A DNA stretch of 64,000 nt, from contig NIVC01001658.1 in assembly GCA_002269645.1 (NCBI GenBank), positions 66,139-130,138 on the forward strand, read 5' to 3'. Position numbers and translations under genes: made by a program. The notes beneath the pieces were generated by a model. It was not told the DNA's origin. It saw only the letters and a program-made list of their open reading frames with translations, and searched no databases. The stretch is from Macrostomum lignano (Eukaryota). Position 1 is the stretch's first letter. Each line of letters begins with the position of its first letter. Shown in pieces: positions 58,794 to 64,000 of the stretch.

Positions 58794-61700
58794 ATATTTT
58801 TATTGATTAAAAACGAATGTATCAACTGATCGAACTTTGAAACTATTAGGCACCTGTTACGTTTATAACAATATAATATTCGCGAGCTTTATTTATAAAT
58901 GCTTCATTGTAATAACCAAACTCTCGACTATATTGGTTACTAGTATATATTCATGTTTAATACACATATAGATATGAAAACATCTAAATACGTATATAGT
59001 GTGTTGTTGCGCGCATATTTAGTTCTTAAACAAATTATTAGTCGAAGCTGTTGTTTCTTTGCTTCTGACTATTTGCTGGCTACTACTGTCTATAACCACA
59101 AAGACAGCCCCTCCTGCGCCCAATCCTTCTAAGGCTGTCTATTGTCATAATTTGTTTGCCACGTTAATACACGCAGATTAATTATCTTCTCCTAGCTGAG
59201 TGCTTTGTGTCGCTTTACCGAAAATATCCATTTTAATTTTTAATTAGCTCGCACGTTAAAACGTTAAGATTTAACCGAACTGAATCATAGAGTTAAAATA
59301 CCATTAAAATTTTTCAGACCATAAGAATCGATTTATGCTTAAACGCTATTCCTCACAATTTGTGCGTTTGAAATTTCCCATTTGTTCGTTTAAATTCTGT
59401 GGCATATTTTGTGCACAAAACTGTACAGACTGCACAAAAAATAATCGCACCAATCGCTTTGCAATGTCGGTAATGATGTTGAAGTTTTATAGAATTGTTA
59501 CGATACCCGAGTAGCAATTTACTCATTTTATTTGCTTTTCCGAGCGCAAGCTGACTTTGAAGTGCTTATATTGCTTTTTGCACTAATTCTGGTAATTCAG
59601 TTTTGTTATTATCATGTTTATAGCCGCTCGTAATACGGCACTTTGCCTTCGCAATTCGCTGAAGCTGTGTAATTCGTTAATTTAGATCGAGATCTTTTAA
59701 TTGACTTCTCTGATGGAGATAAAGTTGGTTCCGGAATCACTTTTCACTTTCACTACAGAAGCTGACAACTCAAAGTAGACACGGTTATCTAGATGAGGGT
59801 TCAAAGAAACATAGACGTAAAATCGATTAGTTTATTCGTCGTAAATTTTTTATGCTCGTGTGTGCGATTGAAGCGCATGTATGGCGCAGGAAAATAAAAA
59901 AACTTGCTTCAGCGTATCTCTTAATACGACTGTTTATTTATATTATAATTGACTCCATGAGTATTTATTGCTCTTGTTTGTCAGTACCTTACTCTATGAC
60001 AAAAATAACAAGACAGAATTTGATGGTTACCTGAGACTGCAAAAATATTTTGAGCTTTGTTTCCTTAAACTTTGGCTTCTATTTGTTTCCTATTCTTTGG
60101 ATTGACTGTCCGCCAGCAGTACTAGCTGCTCTATGCATAACCATTATGATTTTAATACTTGCTACTCAAACTCGTCACTACTCGTAAATAACCCCTGCTA
60201 TTTACAATTTATAAATTGTCTTCAAGTTTAATTTACGCCATCGGCCTTCAATGTATTACAATTCTGTGCAGCTATATTACGCTTAACCAGTATGAGCAGT
60301 AAATATTCACAGCCTTTGTCTAGTTGTTATCATACAAGCCACATTACGCTAGGCGCATTAAATATTTTTTAATAATTTCATATAAGGACAGTTTAAACGC
60401 TTTTAATCCTTGCCCCCTAAGTATAAGTTACATGTGCAATTTTAAGGTCGCTTTTTAAACTCAATTGCTGATTTTTTGTAAAAAAATCGACCTAAATATT
60501 TAATTAATTACAAAATCGCCTGATTCATGTAAAGCTCGTATTTGATAGGATTGGATTGCGACTTCGTATTCAAAGTGAAAATACTTCATTGAAAAAATTA
60601 CAGTGCGGTAGTGAATTTTGTTTTTAACGTAGTTTTTATATTAGCGATTTTTTGTTAATCGGAATCCCATGTGTCTAAAAATTTTATTTCTGCAACACTT
60701 TTGTCCCTTTTAGTCACCAAGGCCAAATTGGTTTTTTTTAAAAACAGTTTTTAATCTGAGTAAGATTTTTTGTTGTACTTCCTGCTGTTTTTTAATATTC
60801 CGCGAGTTCCAACAATTAGTCTGCTGAAGTGCGAAAGTCATCGGAGAATTAAAACAAGATAGGTGCACTCATGAAGTCGCTAATATTTTCGATCCATAGT
60901 ACGCTATGTCCGATCTAGCAATACTGTTCTTTTCAAGTCTTAATTTTCTATGTCTACTGTCGCTTTGCCCAATCAATATATGGCTAATATTGCACTGGTT
61001 CTCTGTTAATTCTATTTTTTGTCATTTTTACGAGTTTGGTGGCAGCAACCTCTCCCCCGAATTATTAATTTTTATTCGATTTTGATCAGCCAGCATTATT
61101 AAATGATTTTTATCTGATTTTATTACTGCTTACAGCTTTTAAAATTCTATTTTACCGTCTTTTAATACGAGCAATATAATATAAATGACACTGTTAATCT
61201 ATCTAACAATAACTATTAACGTTAAAAAGCTGAAGTACACCATATATAAAAGTTATACAGTGATCTTTTAATTCTTGCAACGTTACTATTATTACTACTG
61301 CCTGGACTATATAAACAGTTGAAATCTTTTAGAAGTCTTCTTTTTGTTTTAATTGATGCAGGAGTCCTGGTACATGTACATCTGATTAGTTGATACTCCG
61401 CAAGATATCGAGAATGTTGCAAGATATTAAAAAATTAAATTAGATTATCTGAAACGTCTATACAATCTGACTGACGTAACCCGGGCTGCATGAGAATACA
61501 TTGACCACAATTGTACTAGAAATGGCCGACTATAAGGGACTCTATCGGTCACGGATGATCCAGGAGTCTCGAGTTATGGTGGGCGTTAGGGGAGGTCGCA
61601 AAAGATGGGGAGAGGAGGACAGTAAGCACAATTATAGGCACAAAAACTTAAGCTCTCTACGAGCGTAGTGAAGCGTACTAACAAGCATTATCTATACCTA

Positions 61701-64000
61701 GGAATCAAATCAATACGGAAAACTTTCACTCCTTCACTGTGCTTCAATAAGCTTGCGTCAAGGTGCCCTCAAGAGTTGAGTTGGCTTTATCTAGATTATT
61801 TCCATTTAAAATTTTTCAAGTTTAAAACTTTGTCACGTAGTTTACATGTACATGTAGGAATTGCAATTCCAAGAAGTATTTAGTTTTCTTAAAGCAAACG
61901 ATTTAGCACGAGTCATCTACAAGTAAGTAATCTTCAAACTCAGAGAATATCAATTAAACAAAATCTGGTATTATATAGTTAATCTAATCAGACAAATGAT
62001 GTAAAAAGAAACAAATAAATTTCCACCAGCCCTTTAATCGAATAAAAAATTCGTTTTTCTTACGATGAAGCGGGCGTAACAGTTTTAAAATGAGTAAAAA
62101 TTCACTGGTCACAATCAAAATAAAAACAGCGCAAATGCAACCAGCACTGAAATGCCACCATAAAGTACAACATTTCAATAGCACCCAAATAGATTTCGTT
62201 CAAGTAAACATTAACGCGACGAATCGCATCTGCTTCTGGCGTACAGTATATAACAGCGTAGATAACAGCATGCGGCATCATCATATCGAACCGCTGTTGC
62301 TCTTGAAATTCCCCATTAAAATGCGTAAAAGCGACCATAATTTATGGAACTGCAAGCGGGAAGTCAGATAAGATTTTCATTTACCTCATTGACCAATATT
62401 TTTCATATCGATGCCGAGAAGCATTTCATATTTTCTGCCGAAAGGCTTTTCTGTACGATGAATTTTTTTTCTGTCCGTGCGTTTGAAAACAGAATCTGCA
62501 GAAACTATATTGCGTTGTGACGATTTGAGGAGCCGTCATATAGCTACTGCATGAATGTCACAGAGAAAAAATGAATCGATATAGTGCATGATCTGAATTA
62601 AATAAAAAAATCTGACACTTTTATGAGTTATCTGAAAGGAATTAAGGCAGCAAGAATCCAAAAGCCGATTGTAAATGATTAAAACGTAAGAAGAAAATTT
62701 ATTACATAATAATATTTTTTCTTATGCATTGTACCCTGTAAAACTGTAAAGCACTTATGTTAATTCACCGGTATTATCTGCTCGTATGTGATGAGGATGG
62801 AAGTCAGCCGCAGATGGGGAGGGCTCATGAAATTCTTTCCCTGCAATGTACTCACTACTCACAGTAAGCATTAGCATGTTCTCTCTCTCTCTCTCTCTTT
62901 CTACTTTCTCTCCTTTTTTCTCTCTGTATCCTTATTTTCTATTTTATCGTAAGTCACCAGATGTCAAGTGATTAGGCACTAACTGACCATGCGTTTAACA
63001 TTTGATTTTTTCTGCTCATCTCGACCTTTCGGTTTTTCCCAAAAACAAAGTCTTTCTCCCTGAAATTGGGTCTTGGTAACTCGAATTTTACTCCAGCCAG
63101 TTTGTACTGAGATTGCATAACAGCCGTTGCAGCAAAGTACTTTAAATTTTTGCCGCGGGAAACCGATACTACCAGTCTCGGTGAGGGCTCAACTTTGTGA
63201 AAATAACAAATATATTATGACACAATTCAATGTAGGATTTGTAATACCCATTTATTGATTATCGTTCCCGGCAACTGCGTCTCGCGCATCCACGAGAGAC
63301 CTGGCGCATCCACCAGGTGATTCATCTGCTCAAGAAGGGCGTTATGAGAATAAAGACGTCATATCAGCGACAGTGCGGGTGGACAACATGGAGAAAGCGA
63401 TCTCGGTCTTCCTTGTCAAGTCTCAGCGGTTTACTACAGTGATGACCGAAGCAAGACTTAATCGATATGTTAGAGAGGGGAAACCAAGATATGTGGCGTC
63501 GCACTATTGTCAGCAGCTTCCCTCGCCCTCGCCCTCGCCCTGGGTTGCTGTCTGCCGCTGGGCAGCCTCCCTCCCTTTTTGCTGCCTGTTCTCTGTCACC
63601 CCCCCCCCTCTTCTCTGCGCTCTTTGCTTGCAGCCACGAGCTTCTCTGCTGTGGCCTGCTCTGCGTTTCGTTCCTGTCCTGAGGTCACGCTGGTTGCTTG
63701 TTTCCCTTGTCATGTGAGCAAGTCACCTGACAAGTCTTGTTTTCTCGAAGTCCTAAAGTGCAGCCTCCCTCCCTTTTTGTTTCGTTGGCCCGTGTTTACG
63801 GAAGGAATCACGTGCTTTGGGCCCCTTGCCTTCTCTAAGGTAATAGGTGACTCATGTTTCTAAAAATAGATACTGAAGTCATGCGGCCCTGTGCACTTTA
63901 CCCGCAGACCCTGCATGCCTTCTCTAAGGGGGAGGGTGACGTCAGTTCTAAAAATAGAACAGAGTCACGAGGTCGGCGCACACATGGCGCAGCGGGGATT

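Noticed and set aside
61520-61700. Helitron/HINE-like end (CTAGT with nearby imperfect hairpin on the minus strand)
   Set aside because: The hairpin is poor, and there is no matching other end or second copy in the window.
63634-63713. Exon-like segment ttgcttgcag|...|gtgagc near the window end
   Set aside because: No coding signal or partner exon within the window; cannot be supported.
1-64000. tRNA, rRNA or autonomous transposon genes
   Set aside because: No cloverleaf/T-loop, rRNA-like sequence, or intact transposase/RT ORF was recognised by eye.

Overview
This is eukaryotic (invertebrate animal) genomic DNA, not prokaryotic. It holds two intron-containing + strand genes. (1) 914-36588: a CAPS/CADPS/unc-31 ortholog (calcium-dependent secretion activator). 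14 in-frame GT-AG exons were assembled by hand into about 1170 aa; the N-terminal exon(s) lie upstream of the window. A candidate 12-nt microexon sits at 21439-21450. (2) 48098-58793: an 11-exon DUF4140/DUF4139 (F37C4.5-like) gene of about 720-750 aa. Roughly 32 kb of the first 50 kb (hand estimate) is tandem repeat. Twelve of the 13 CAPS introns carry their own micro- or minisatellite, mostly with 19-25 bp units that often have palindromic or hairpin cores, and one 7.7-kb array contains a 3.1-kb internal duplication. After about 50.3 kb such arrays disappear. Three MITE/foldback-like inverted-repeat elements are also present. Almost all long ORFs in the supplied track are translations of repeats. 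GC-rich exons with minisatellite-filled introns recall Macrostomum-type flatworm genomes; this is inference and unverified.
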